Source of the DNA: Candidatus Woesearchaeota archaeon
GTDB lineage: Archaea > Nanobdellota > Nanobdellia > Pacearchaeales > GW2011-AR1
NCBI GenBank assembly: GCA_964589955.1
Contig: CAZPVF010000001.1
Span: forward strand, 1 to 62,008
Direction: 5' to 3'
Length of the DNA stretch: 62,008 bases
Shown here: positions 29,258 through 38,678 of the stretch, one piece after another
Layout of the letters: each line of letters opens with the position of its first letter
Numbering within the stretch: the stretch's first letter is position 1
Notes under the pieces: generated by a model
The model's database searches: none
Told to the model about the DNA's origin: nothing
What the model saw: the letters and a program-made list of their open reading frames with translations, nothing else
Position numbers and translations under genes: made by a program

Positions 29258-30418
29258 ATGAAAGAAACTGTTCTTATTTTAGGTGCTGATGGATACATTG
29301 GATGGAATTTAATGATGTATCTTGGAAGAAAAAATCAGGGTCTTGTTGTAGGAATAGATAATTATTCTAGAAGAAAATTAGTTAACAAAGTTAAAGGAGA
29401 CAGCCTTATTCCTATTGCTTCAATGAAAACAAGAATTGAAGCCTATAAGGAAGTTTTTAAAAAAAATAATTTAAGATTTTTTGCATTTGATATAACCAAC
29501 AGCCACCTTCTAAGAAAAGCCATAAAAAAAATTAGACCAACAATCATAATTAATCTTGCGCAAATGCCTTCAGCACCATACTCAATGAAAAATTTAGGCT
29601 ATGCGGCATGGACAATTAAAAATAATGTTATAGGAAACCTTAATCTATTATGGATAATGAGAGAGATTTGCCCTAAAGCACATTTAATTAAGATGGGCAC
29701 AATGGGAGAGTATGGGACTCCAAATGTAGATATTCCTAAAGGTTTTTTTGAATTAAAATATAAGGGAAGAAAAGATTGGGTTCCGTTTCCAAGACAAGCA
29801 GGAAGTTTTTATCATTGGGCTAAAGTTACTGAAAGCCAACATACAAATTTTGCTTGCAAAATTTGGGGACTAAGAGCAACAGACATGATGCAAGGAGTGG
29901 TATATGGGGTAACAACAGAAGAGAGCCAAAAAGATTCAAGACTTGCAGGAAGATTTGACTATGATGGAGTTTTTGGAACTGCAATTAATAGATTTGTTGT
30001 GCAGTCAATGTGTGGAATACCTATGACACCATTCGGAAAAGGAGGCCAAATTAGAGGATTCTTAAATATTAAAGACTCTTTAAAATGTTTTGAATTATAC
30101 ATAAATAATCCTCCAAAAGAAGGAGAGTATAGGGTTTTTAATCAGCTTGTAGAACAACACAGAACTGTTACACAGCTTGCAGACATGGTTAAACAAATTG
30201 GAAAGAAAAAGGGGTATAATTCATCTATTAAAAAAATAAAAAACCCAAGAATTGAAAACGAAAAACATTATTATAACGCTGAAACCACTAAATTAACCAA
30301 ACTAGGATTAATAGCCTCTGATTTTAGAAAAGAAATAGAAAAGATGTTTGATGACTTAAAGCCATATATACATAGAGTAAATAAAGAGTCTATTATTCCA
30401 AAGATTACTTGGAAATAA
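29258..30418 (+). CDS. UDP-sulfoquinovose synthase-like SDR (SQD1/Agl3 family)
   Basis: ILGADGYIGW...GIDNYSRR...MGTMGEYGTP...SFYHWAKV...MQGVVYG resembles SQD1 more than plain GalE. Confidence 0.65.
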   Translation: MKETVLILGADGYIGWNLMMYLGRKNQGLVVGIDNYSRRKLVNKVKGDSLIPIASMKTRIEAYKEVFKKNNLRFFAFDITNSHLLRKAIKKIRPTIIINLAQMPSAPYSMKNLGYAAWTIKNNVIGNLNLLWIMREICPKAHLIKMGTMGEYGTPNVDIPKGFFELKYKGRKDWVPFPRQAGSFYHWAKVTESQHTNFACKIWGLRATDMMQGVVYGVTTEESQKDSRLAGRFDYDGVFGTAINRFVVQSMCGIPMTPFGKGGQIRGFLNIKDSLKCFELYINNPPKEGEYRVFNQLVEQHRTVTQLADMVKQIGKKKGYNSSIKKIKNPRIENEKHYYNAETTKLTKLGLIASDFRKEIEKMFDDLKPYIHRVNKESIIPKITWK

Positions 30419-30424
30419 ACTCAG

Positions 30425-31303
30425 ATGAAAATTCTTATACTCCTTAAACGTTGGAAAGGAGGAATCGGAACCTATGTTCTTGAAGTTAGTAATGAATTAA
30501 AAAAGCAGGGACATCATGTTGATGTTATTTCTCGTGAAGATGATTTAAAAAAATTTTCAGTATGGGGTTCTGTTAGTGTACTAAGAAAAAAAGTTACTGA
30601 TATGATGAAAAAAGAAAAATATGATATCTTATATACACAAGATTGGAGCCTTGCTCTTCCTTTTTTCTTTCCTATACCTATTTTTAGAAAAAAACATTTT
30701 TGTGGTTTTGGGGGAATACAAGTAGGAAAAGCAAGTCTTTTACAAAAGATAGTGGGCAAACTATTAGGAAAAAATTTGATTTCTTATGGAGATCCTGTAA
30801 AAAAAGCCTTTCCTTTATCTAAACAAATATTTAATGGAGTAAATTTAGAGAAATTCAAACCAATTAAAAAAATAAAAAGAATAAAAAATAGTGTCGGCAT
30901 GGTTAATATGCCTACAGAAGTCTGGCATATTAGTGCACTAAAATCTGCAACAAAAAAAGCAGGAAAAAAATTCTTTAATATATGGGGAGTGCCACAAAAA
31001 GAAATGCCTAAATTTTACAATAAAATAGAAACTTTTGTTAGTCTTCCTCCAAAACACACAGGATTTAATCTATGTTGGTTAGAGGCAATGGCTTGTGGTG
31101 TTCCAAAAATCATTGGAAGTAATGCAGGAATTGGGTGCAGATTACCAATAGATAAAATTGAAAATTATAAAAACATTGAAGACGCACTAAAAAAAGTAAA
31201 AAAGAAAGATTATAGAAAAATTATAGAAGAAAAATTTTCTTGGGAGATTCATGTAAAAAAACTCGTGAATTTTTTTAAAGAATCACTTCAAAAAGAATTA
31301 TAA
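30425..31303 (+). CDS. glycosyltransferase, GT-B fold (short GT4-like)
   Basis: N-terminal GGIGTYV, C-terminal GFNLCWLEAMACGVPKI. Confidence 0.65.
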   Translation: MKILILLKRWKGGIGTYVLEVSNELKKQGHHVDVISREDDLKKFSVWGSVSVLRKKVTDMMKKEKYDILYTQDWSLALPFFFPIPIFRKKHFCGFGGIQVGKASLLQKIVGKLLGKNLISYGDPVKKAFPLSKQIFNGVNLEKFKPIKKIKRIKNSVGMVNMPTEVWHISALKSATKKAGKKFFNIWGVPQKEMPKFYNKIETFVSLPPKHTGFNLCWLEAMACGVPKIIGSNAGIGCRLPIDKIENYKNIEDALKKVKKKDYRKIIEEKFSWEIHVKKLVNFFKESLQKEL

Positions 31304-31325
31304 ACACTCTAAAGAGATTATAAAT

Positions 31326-32045
31326 ATGGATCAGGAAAAAACAATAATTCAAACATATCAAGAAAAAGGAACAGTAAAAGAGTTTGATTCTATGAGATGG
31401 AGATATGAGTATCAGAGATATAAACATCAAATAGAGATATCATTTTTAAAAAAAACTTTGAAAAAACACAATGCAAAAATAAAAATTCTTGATGTTGCTT
31501 GTGGTACTGGCAGAATGCTTGAAACTGTTGCAAAGGTTCGTCCTCTTTCTAAGTATTATGGGTTAGACACATCTAAAACTATGATTAACGAACTTAATAA
31601 AAAAGCAAAAAAGATTAAATTCAAAACTAACTTAAAGATTGCTGATGCAACAAAAATACCTTACAAAGATAATTATTTTGATGTTGTTTATACTTATCAT
31701 CTATTATGGCATCTTCCAGAAAAAACACAAAAAAAGATTCTTAAAGAAATGCTACGGGTAACAAAAAGTGGAGGACATATAATTTTTGATATTTTGAATA
31801 AAGACTTTATTTGGGAAAAAACAAAAGACATTCTAAACATGAAAAAAATTGGTGGCCTCTACAAATTAAAAGTTCCTGAAGTAAAAAAATTTCTTTCTAA
31901 ACACAATTGTAAAATAGAAAAATTATCCGATTTTCCAATAAAAAATGATAGTCTTTACTCAATAGCAAATGTTGTAAATAAATTTAGAAAAAGCTTGCCA
32001 TACAATCTTTTTCATATGATTTATTTTGAAGTTAAAAAAACATAA
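31326..32045 (+). CDS. class I SAM-dependent methyltransferase
   Basis: ILDVACGTGRM motif I; LRVTKSGGHIIF. Confidence 0.8.
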   Translation: MDQEKTIIQTYQEKGTVKEFDSMRWRYEYQRYKHQIEISFLKKTLKKHNAKIKILDVACGTGRMLETVAKVRPLSKYYGLDTSKTMINELNKKAKKIKFKTNLKIADATKIPYKDNYFDVVYTYHLLWHLPEKTQKKILKEMLRVTKSGGHIIFDILNKDFIWEKTKDILNMKKIGGLYKLKVPEVKKFLSKHNCKIEKLSDFPIKNDSLYSIANVVNKFRKSLPYNLFHMIYFEVKKT

Positions 32046-32063
32046 AAAGGGTTTCTATTAAAA

Positions 32064-33029
32064 ATGTTTGAAAATAATGTCTATGAAAAAATTAAAAAGT
32101 TAGATTTGAAGAATCAGCAAAAAGAAGAGTTCTGCATTCTTACACATAAAAAACACGGAAGAGAAATTTATTTTATAAAGAGCGATAAGAAAGCAATTAA
32201 ATTCATGAAATTTAAATTTAAATCTCCTTTAAAAATGATTCTTTACTATCTAATAAAATTCGGATTAGCACAGCCATTTCTAAAAAAAATAAAATTGAAC
32301 TCTGGTCATGGGCAATTAATTTTTGTCGGAGGACAAATAAAAATATTTAATTTTTTAAATAAAGAGGTTATTTCTTTTCCAAAATACAAAAATGAAAACA
32401 AAAAATTCATCAAATCTAAAGAATATCAAAGAAAATTGGGTAAAAAAAATTTTGCTCCAAAAATAAACACAATAAATAAAATTCTTTTTTATTCAAAAGA
32501 AGAGCTATTAGAAGATTATAATCTAAATACATATGTACCAATATTTAAAAAATTAATAAAATTTTATTTTGATGAAGGCATAAAAAAAATTTCAGTAAAT
32601 TCATTTATAAATTATCTTAAAAAAAGACTTAAAAAAAGCCCTATAAAAGATGATTTCTTTACAAAAACCCTAGACAAAATTAAAAAAGAAAATATAAAAT
32701 TAGATTTAATGACTACTTTTTTGCACGGAGATTTATCAAAAGAACAAGTGTTAAAAAGAGATAAACTAATTGTGTTAACTGATTGGAACCCTAGAAAAGG
32801 ATTAATTATTGACGACCTTGTTAATTTTTTTAGGGGAGTAGAAGATTTGTTAAATAATAAAGAATTTTGTAATTATCTTAAACTCTTTCCAAAAGAGGTG
32901 CAAAAAAATATAGGGCTATATTTAATTCTTAATGAAATCAATTTTATCTGTGATTTTCCTCTCAGGCGTCCGCCTCTTGCAAAAATTAGAATAAAAAACC
33001 TATTTCCATTTTTTATGAAAAAAGATTAA
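32064..33029 (+). CDS. APH/choline-kinase-like phosphotransferase-fold protein (tentative)
   Basis: FLHGDLSKEQVL...VLTDWN...DDLVNFF resembles the HGDxxxxN...DWE catalytic and metal loops, but with E where N is expected. Confidence 0.4.
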   Translation: MFENNVYEKIKKLDLKNQQKEEFCILTHKKHGREIYFIKSDKKAIKFMKFKFKSPLKMILYYLIKFGLAQPFLKKIKLNSGHGQLIFVGGQIKIFNFLNKEVISFPKYKNENKKFIKSKEYQRKLGKKNFAPKINTINKILFYSKEELLEDYNLNTYVPIFKKLIKFYFDEGIKKISVNSFINYLKKRLKKSPIKDDFFTKTLDKIKKENIKLDLMTTFLHGDLSKEQVLKRDKLIVLTDWNPRKGLIIDDLVNFFRGVEDLLNNKEFCNYLKLFPKEVQKNIGLYLILNEINFICDFPLRRPPLAKIRIKNLFPFFMKKD

Positions 33030-34376
33030 ACCTGCAAAATATAAACATTTACTAATAATTGTTGCAAGACATACTCCTATTACTGCTTCAAACATGCCAA
33101 AAGTTAAACCATATTTAATAAAAAGATAGTTTAAAATAATATTAATTATTGTGCTCCCTATAAGAAGCTTTGCAACAATCTTTGTTTTTTTCTGTGAGAT
33201 AAAATAGTTGAAGTAAAGTGAAATTGTGGGCAGGATAAGTACTAAAATAGATAAGTATCTCAAAAATGTTGATGAAGGTGCATACTCGACTCCAAATACA
33301 ATATGAATTACTTGTGGTGCAAAAAAGAATACAAAAGCCGCACCCAAAAAAGATATAATAAATGTAAATAGTCTTGTCCTTTCGAATATTTTTTCTAAAG
33401 CTTTTCCTTTCATTCTTGCAAATACAGGGAATAAAGCAATTGCTGTAAAGCCAATTATTACTGCCAATGATCCTGCAAGACTAAAAGCAGCACTATAAAA
33501 AGCTATAAAGCTCTCTTCAACAAAACGGCCAAGCATAAAGATATCAATATAACCAAAAAATACTCCTGAAAGAGAGGTTGCAGCTAGAGGAATAGTAAAC
33601 TTACTTAACTCTTTAATTTCATTTTTATTTAAAGATCTCCCTTTTTCTTTTAAAAAGTATAGTTTCTTTTTTGCAGACACTAAAAGATATAGCAAGGTTA
33701 GAGTATAACAAGCAATTATTGTTAGTAAAACACCAAAAACAATCATTTCTGGAGTGTAATTATTATTAACCATCAACAAAATTGCTATAGGAACTAGAAT
33801 AAACCTTAATGCCTGAAAGATAAATTCTTTTATTAAAGGGCGTTTGAAATCATTTGTTGCTTTAAAAGTCTGCTCCATAAAACTTACAAAACCAAATGCA
33901 AAAACATACAACCCTCCAATTAAAAGAGTGTAAAAAATTGGTTTGTTATAATAATAATTTGCAATAAAATAACTTGATGCAATTAAAATTGCTGCAATTA
34001 GTATAAGCAATAAAAACTTCCACTTTAGTAGTTTTGAAAAATAATCTTTAGCTTTAGCCTTGTTTTTTTCTGATAATTTTTTTGAAATAAATGTGATTAC
34101 TGCTGACTTTATTCCTAAATCAGAAAATGCTGAAAAAAAAACTATTGTTGATAGTGCAAGAGTGTATAATCCAAATTTTTCTGGCAATAACATCCGAGTA
34201 ATAATAATAGTAAAAAATAAAGAACCAAACTTCATAACCAAATTTAGTGCTAACTGATATGTTGAATTTTTAATTGCTGCGCCACTATTGCCTCTAAAAT
34301 CTGCTCTTTTAAATCGCTGAAAAATATTTTTAAATTCAACTCTTTCTTCTTTAAAAAATGACAAAGGGTTATCCAT
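33000..34376 (-). CDS. oligosaccharide flippase (MOP/Wzx superfamily)
   Basis: 458 aa, about 12-14 TM, N-terminal polysaccharide-biosynthesis-protein-like region; glycan-island context. Confidence 0.75.
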   Translation of the reverse strand: MDNPLSFFKEERVEFKNIFQRFKRADFRGNSGAAIKNSTYQLALNLVMKFGSLFFTIIITRMLLPEKFGLYTLALSTIVFFSAFSDLGIKSAVITFISKKLSEKNKAKAKDYFSKLLKWKFLLLILIAAILIASSYFIANYYYNKPIFYTLLIGGLYVFAFGFVSFMEQTFKATNDFKRPLIKEFIFQALRFILVPIAILLMVNNNYTPEMIVFGVLLTIIACYTLTLLYLLVSAKKKLYFLKEKGRSLNKNEIKELSKFTIPLAATSLSGVFFGYIDIFMLGRFVEESFIAFYSAAFSLAGSLAVIIGFTAIALFPVFARMKGKALEKIFERTRLFTFIISFLGAAFVFFFAPQVIHIVFGVEYAPSSTFLRYLSILVLILPTISLYFNYFISQKKTKIVAKLLIGSTIINIILNYLFIKYGLTFGMFEAVIGVCLATIISKCLYFAGLIFFHKKWK

Positions 34377-34431
34377 TAAAATTATAAAAAAATATAGTTT
34401 AAAAACCCTAACAAGTAGAAGTATATAATTT

Positions 34432-34896
34432 CTATGCCTGAATAATTTTTAGCTTTCTTGTTTTAAGATAAGTATAAATTATAGAATATTTAAGGGAACA
34501 GGAGTTGTAAATGACTACATCTTCTAAAATGTCTAATAAAAGATGAATAAACATTCCTGCTAAAACAAAATAAAAATAATAATGAACAAAATGCCCTAAA
34601 ATAAAAATAAAAACTAGCGGTTCTATTCCATGAAATAAGCAGATAGATTGGTAATGTTTTTTTCTTTCTTTTCTTGGAAGAGAAAAATACTTTTCTTTTT
34701 TAATTAAAAACCATTTGTAAGCTTTTTTCAGTCTTGTTTTTTTCTCTACAAAAACAAAATATAGGTAATGATCAAAATCTATTAAAAAACTTGCAAGAAG
34801 AAATATGCTTGCTTCAATAATTCCTACAAAAGGAAGTGTAATAAATATAAAAACTGAAATTAATAATCCTACTAAAAAGTGTGTCAGAGGATTCAT
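34432..34896 (-). CDS. DUF457/YdjM-like membrane-bound metal-dependent hydrolase (tentative)
   Basis: MNPLTHFLVGLLIS N-terminus, DFDHYL and HLLLD His/Asp motifs, 4 TM. Confidence 0.45.
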   Translation of the reverse strand: MNPLTHFLVGLLISVFIFITLPFVGIIEASIFLLASFLIDFDHYLYFVFVEKKTRLKKAYKWFLIKKEKYFSLPRKERKKHYQSICLFHGIEPLVFIFILGHFVHYYFYFVLAGMFIHLLLDILEDVVIYNSCSLKYSIIYTYLKTRKLKIIQA

Positions 34897-34906
34897 ATGA
34901 GCTTTG

Positions 34907-36454
34907 TTACTCCTCCATTTTTCTTACAATATCTGTAAATGCAGGTCTTGTTATTAAAACTCCTATGCTTATTCCTATTATTGTTGTTATTGCAAATCCT
35001 TTAAGTAATCCTGCTCCTACTGCTCCTCCAGTAAAAGGATTCCATACAAGAGGAATCATTGCAACAACTGCTGTAAAATATGCTCCAATAATTATTCCAA
35101 ATGCCCTCTTTAATCTTTGTTTAAGACTTAAAAATCTAGAATGCCTTGCTTCATCTAAAATAATAATTTGCTGATCAATTCCTGTGCCAATTGTTACCAA
35201 TATCCCTGCAATGCTTGGCAAATCCAAATTCCACTCAATTAGTGCTGCAACACCCAAAATAATTACAATTTCAGATATGCTTGTAAGAAGAAGTGCTAAA
35301 GAAGATTTAAACTTCTTATATCTAAGAAACACAATAATTGCTACAGCTAATAAAGCTACAGCTCCAGCCAAGAATATTGAATTTATGAAATCTTTACCTA
35401 AAACAGGAGAAATTGAATCAAGTTTTATTATTTCTAATTTATAAGGGAGACTTCCTGTTATAAGAATTGTTTGAAGTTTATGCATTTCTTCTTCAGCTTT
35501 TGTAATAGCCTCATCTCTTGTTGTTCCTGATGCTGAACCAGAAATTGCAATTTGTGTTGTTACTCTGCCTTTTAATCCCTCACTAATAAGAAGTGTATCT
35601 ACTAGATTATCATCAAGATATAATTCAAGTTTTTCAGATAAATAATTTCCTTGAGGGGTTGAATCAACCGATAAGTTTGAAGTAAAATCTGCGTGTCTTT
35701 GCGCTGCAGCCTCACTTAAATATATTGAGAACCTAAAATTGCAAAAATGTGTTCCATCTTGGGCTTCAAAACAATTTTCAAGTCCTGCACATGTTGCATC
35801 ATTCCTGCACACAGAGGTTATATCTTGTTCTCCACCTATAAATACAGTTTGATTAGCTATTTTTGCTTCAAACTTTCCTTGTTTTGAAATTAATTCCTGC
35901 AAATCCTTTGGTGTTGCTCCAGCAATTTCAATTAGCATAAAATTATTTCCACTTAGATCAGTTACAGGAACAACATTCATATCTGCAATACCAAAAACAT
36001 TAAGTCTATTCCTAACAACATCAACTAAATCTTGAATTTCAGAGTTAGATAAAGTAGTCCCTTCTGCCTGAACAATTGCACGAGAACCGCCTGCCAAATC
36101 AAGTCCTAGTTTTAGATTGTTTGTTGGAATTTCAGAAACAGTAATTTTTGGCGGAGTATTTGTAAAAAGAATTATTTCCTCTCCGTCTACTACAAGAGTT
36201 GTTTTTTCGCTCTGGTTTATTAAAAATTTATCTTGAAAAGCGTTAGAAAAATCTTGGATATTTGTAATAATTTTGCCATCTATTTCAGATATAACTTGTC
36301 CTTTCTTTAATCCTTGTTCAAATCCTGTAGAGTTTGTATCAATGCTTGTTATTAAAACTCCTTTTTCAAAAGAACCAACACCAAAGATTGATATTAATGA
36401 GAGAACTAATACAATGATCAGCAACCATATTTTCCAAGTTAAATTTAATTTCAT
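34907..36454 (-). CDS. secD: protein-export membrane protein SecD
   Basis: N-terminal TM, large periplasmic-type domain, C-terminal 5 TM; GLDLAGGS motif; start at the ATG at 36454 (ATGA overlap with the secF stop). Confidence 0.85.
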   Translation of the reverse strand: MKLNLTWKIWLLIIVLVLSLISIFGVGSFEKGVLITSIDTNSTGFEQGLKKGQVISEIDGKIITNIQDFSNAFQDKFLINQSEKTTLVVDGEEIILFTNTPPKITVSEIPTNNLKLGLDLAGGSRAIVQAEGTTLSNSEIQDLVDVVRNRLNVFGIADMNVVPVTDLSGNNFMLIEIAGATPKDLQELISKQGKFEAKIANQTVFIGGEQDITSVCRNDATCAGLENCFEAQDGTHFCNFRFSIYLSEAAAQRHADFTSNLSVDSTPQGNYLSEKLELYLDDNLVDTLLISEGLKGRVTTQIAISGSASGTTRDEAITKAEEEMHKLQTILITGSLPYKLEIIKLDSISPVLGKDFINSIFLAGAVALLAVAIIVFLRYKKFKSSLALLLTSISEIVIILGVAALIEWNLDLPSIAGILVTIGTGIDQQIIILDEARHSRFLSLKQRLKRAFGIIIGAYFTAVVAMIPLVWNPFTGGAVGAGLLKGFAITTIIGISIGVLITRPAFTDIVRKMEE

Positions 36455-37353
36455 ATTTGCCTCTTCTCTGCATACCATTTAATTATTGAAACATTTGTAA
36501 TCCATGTGTTTAGTAGATCAAAACCCAACCCAATAACTAGTATTGTAAAAATTTGACTAAGGACAATTGAAAAAGAACTAATTATGATTAATGCTAAAGC
36601 CAGAGCCAAAAGAGATGTTAGAGTCATTGTTGTTCCGGTTTTAAATGCGCCATAAATTCTTTTGTTTAAACTGCCTTCATCTCTTTTTAATACTCTATTA
36701 GTTAACAAAATATCTGTATCTACAGAGTAACCAATAAGCATAAGTAGTGCAACAATTCCTGCAGTTGACATTTTAATTCCTAAAATGTTTACCAAAGCAA
36801 GGGTCATAATAATATCTGCTAGTGCTGAAATTATTACTGCTGATGAAGGAATAGTGGTCCTGAAGATAATCAAGACAACAAGGCCCATAAAAACAAACGC
36901 AACAATTAGTGCAATTATTAGCTGGTGATAAAAACTCTCACTTAATGCTGAACCTGTAAACTCAAAACTACTATTTTCCTCAGCTAGCTCGTAACCTAAA
37001 TAATCTTGTAGGACTTGTCTTGTTAGATCTCCGTCTGATTTTGTCTCAATTATGACTGCTTTTTGTTCTTGAGTGATAACATCAAAAATCTCTCTTGTGT
37101 TTATATCCTCTAATTTATTTGCAAGATCTGTTTCAAGTTTTATTGCGTCTATTGAATCATAAATTGTTACACTAGTTCCTCCAGTAAGGGATATGTCTTT
37201 AGCAAAAAAGTCTCCGGTATTATTGTAATATGAACCAAGATAAATTAAAGAAGCAACTAAGAGAACTAAAGGAATTAATAATAATTTCCTATAATACTTA
37301 TCATGCCAGTTTTTCTTAAATTCTTTATTTTCTTCCATATTATTCAAAAACAT
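36451..37353 (-). CDS. secF: protein-export membrane protein SecF
   Basis: 300 aa; ISLTGGTS motif and C-terminal RND-like 5 TM bundle; archaeal secF-secD gene order. Confidence 0.85.
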   Translation of the reverse strand: MFLNNMEENKEFKKNWHDKYYRKLLLIPLVLLVASLIYLGSYYNNTGDFFAKDISLTGGTSVTIYDSIDAIKLETDLANKLEDINTREIFDVITQEQKAVIIETKSDGDLTRQVLQDYLGYELAEENSSFEFTGSALSESFYHQLIIALIVAFVFMGLVVLIIFRTTIPSSAVIISALADIIMTLALVNILGIKMSTAGIVALLMLIGYSVDTDILLTNRVLKRDEGSLNKRIYGAFKTGTTMTLTSLLALALALIIISSFSIVLSQIFTILVIGLGFDLLNTWITNVSIIKWYAEKRQI

Positions 37354-37380
37354 AAAATTAAGAGTTTTTAATTCTTGCCC

Positions 37381-38169
37381 TTATTGTAGAAGGCCATTAT
37401 AAATAAGATTGCCATTCTCATCCTTAGAATACTTATTCATTACAAGGTGCCTACATATAATTGATGGAAGACAAAATATTCTAAATCCTTTTTCTCGTGC
37501 CATATTAAAAAAATAAAGATCATCATTAGGTGTTTGGAGGGGATGTTCTTCATTTATTTGCCCATATTTAAGCTGACTAAATGCATTTCTAGAAAGAAGC
37601 ATACAACCTGCAGAAGGATTAAATACTTCTTGGAGCTTTCCACTTTCAATTTCCTGTTTTGTCAAATGTCTTTTTAGATCATTTCGAGATTTAACTGAAT
37701 CTGGAAAAGTTAATTTTTTCTTAAAAGAATCAAATTCTTGTTGTGTAGGTATTTTCCAACATACAGGTAGACACTTTATCATCTTATTAGAATTAAAAAA
37801 ATTAAAATAGAGTCCTGTAACAATATCTTTATTTTGCCTAAGAAGTTTAATAAGAGTGTTTTTTGGAATAATTACATCTGAGTCTAGCATAAGCAAATGG
37901 GCGTAATTATTATCCACAGAATATTTTAGTATTTTATTCCTACTTGAAATAAGGCGTTTAATATTTTTTTCTTCACCAGTATTATCTCTAATAACTTTTA
38001 TCCCACTAATTTTTTTTAATTTATTAAAATAAACAACAGATCCAGAATTATCTACTATTAAAATATCAAACTTGGGATAATCTAGGTCTTTTATAGCATC
38101 TAAAAACTCTTCATCACAGTAACTCATTCCTTCATATGTAGGAGAAGCTACAAGAATTTTGTCTTCCAT
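37381..38169 (-). CDS. glycosyltransferase family 2-like protein
   Basis: LVASPTYEG...DILIVDNS...LMLDSDV GT-A DxD-type motifs. Confidence 0.65.
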   Translation of the reverse strand: MEDKILVASPTYEGMSYCDEEFLDAIKDLDYPKFDILIVDNSGSVVYFNKLKKISGIKVIRDNTGEEKNIKRLISSRNKILKYSVDNNYAHLLMLDSDVIIPKNTLIKLLRQNKDIVTGLYFNFFNSNKMIKCLPVCWKIPTQQEFDSFKKKLTFPDSVKSRNDLKRHLTKQEIESGKLQEVFNPSAGCMLLSRNAFSQLKYGQINEEHPLQTPNDDLYFFNMAREKGFRIFCLPSIICRHLVMNKYSKDENGNLIYNGLLQ

Positions 38170-38188
38170 AGTGTAATATTGTAAAATA

Positions 38189-38260
38189 TGCGCAGGCCGG
38201 GATTCGAACCCGGGTCATTTGGTTGGAAGCCAAAGATTCTAACCACTGAACTACCCACGC
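38189..38260 (-). tRNA. tRNA-Gly(TCC)
   Basis: Reverse complement GCGTGGGTAGTTCAGTGGTTAGAATCTTTGGCTTCCAACCAAATGACCCGGGTTCGAATCCCGGCCTGCGCA folds as a cloverleaf; anticodon loop CTTCCAA. Confidence 0.9.
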
Positions 38261-38312
38261 ATATCAGAATAGAATTAATAGAGTGTTTTAAAGGTTTTCG
38301 ATAAAGAAAAAA

Positions 38313-38434
38313 CGCCCAGAGCAGGATTTGAACCTGCGACTTTCTCCTTACACCGACTCCTCGCAATTTCCTAGACAGGAAATAAAACGCTCATCGTAGG
38401 AGGGAGACGCTCTATCCAGCTGAGCTATCTGGGC
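38313..38434 (-). tRNA. tRNA-Arg(CCT) with 48-nt intron at the canonical 37/38 position
   Basis: Exons GCCCAGATAGCTCAGCTGGATAGAGCGTCTCCCTCCTA / AGGAGAAAGTCGCAGGTTCAAATCCTGCTCTGGGCG give a full cloverleaf; the intron carries the hairpin TTTCC-TGTCTA-GGAAA. Confidence 0.8.
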
Positions 38435-38474
38435 AGGCAAGTATGCGGAATTCAAAATAAATTCCTCATTGAGA

Positions 38475-38499
38475 CACTTTTTCACATTGTGAAAAAGTG
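38475..38499. repeat. perfect 12-bp-arm palindrome abutting the 3' end of tRNA-Leu(CAA)
   Basis: CACTTTTTCACA-T-TGTGAAAAAGTG; candidate trailer/processing or terminator hairpin between tRNA genes. Confidence 0.6.
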
Positions 38500-38581
38500 C
38501 GGAGTAAAGGATTCGAACCTTCGTAGGCACTAAGCCAACAGATCTTGAGTCTGTCCCGTTTGACCACTCCGGCAACTCCGC
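38498..38581 (-). tRNA. tRNA-Leu(CAA), type II with long variable arm
   Basis: GCGGAGTTGCCGGAGTGGTCAAACGGGACAGACTCAAGATCTGTTGGCTTAGTGCCTACGAAGGTTCGAATCCTTTACTCCGCA; anticodon loop CTCAAGA. Confidence 0.9.
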
Positions 38582-38678
38582 ATATTTCTTTGATGTTGAC
38601 GAAGACCAGATTTATCTGGGTCCGGCAACTCTAAGAGATTACTTTTAGAATTAATTAACAATATAAAAATGTTTAGAA

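Noticed and set aside
34881-35444. Plus-strand ORFs 34881-35174 and 35184-35444 (also 36273-36482)
   Set aside because: They are antisense shadows within secD.
38148-38575. ORFs 38148-38366 and 38348-38575 (72 and 75 aa)
   Set aside because: They run through three tRNA genes. Their GC-rich codons come from the tRNA sequences.
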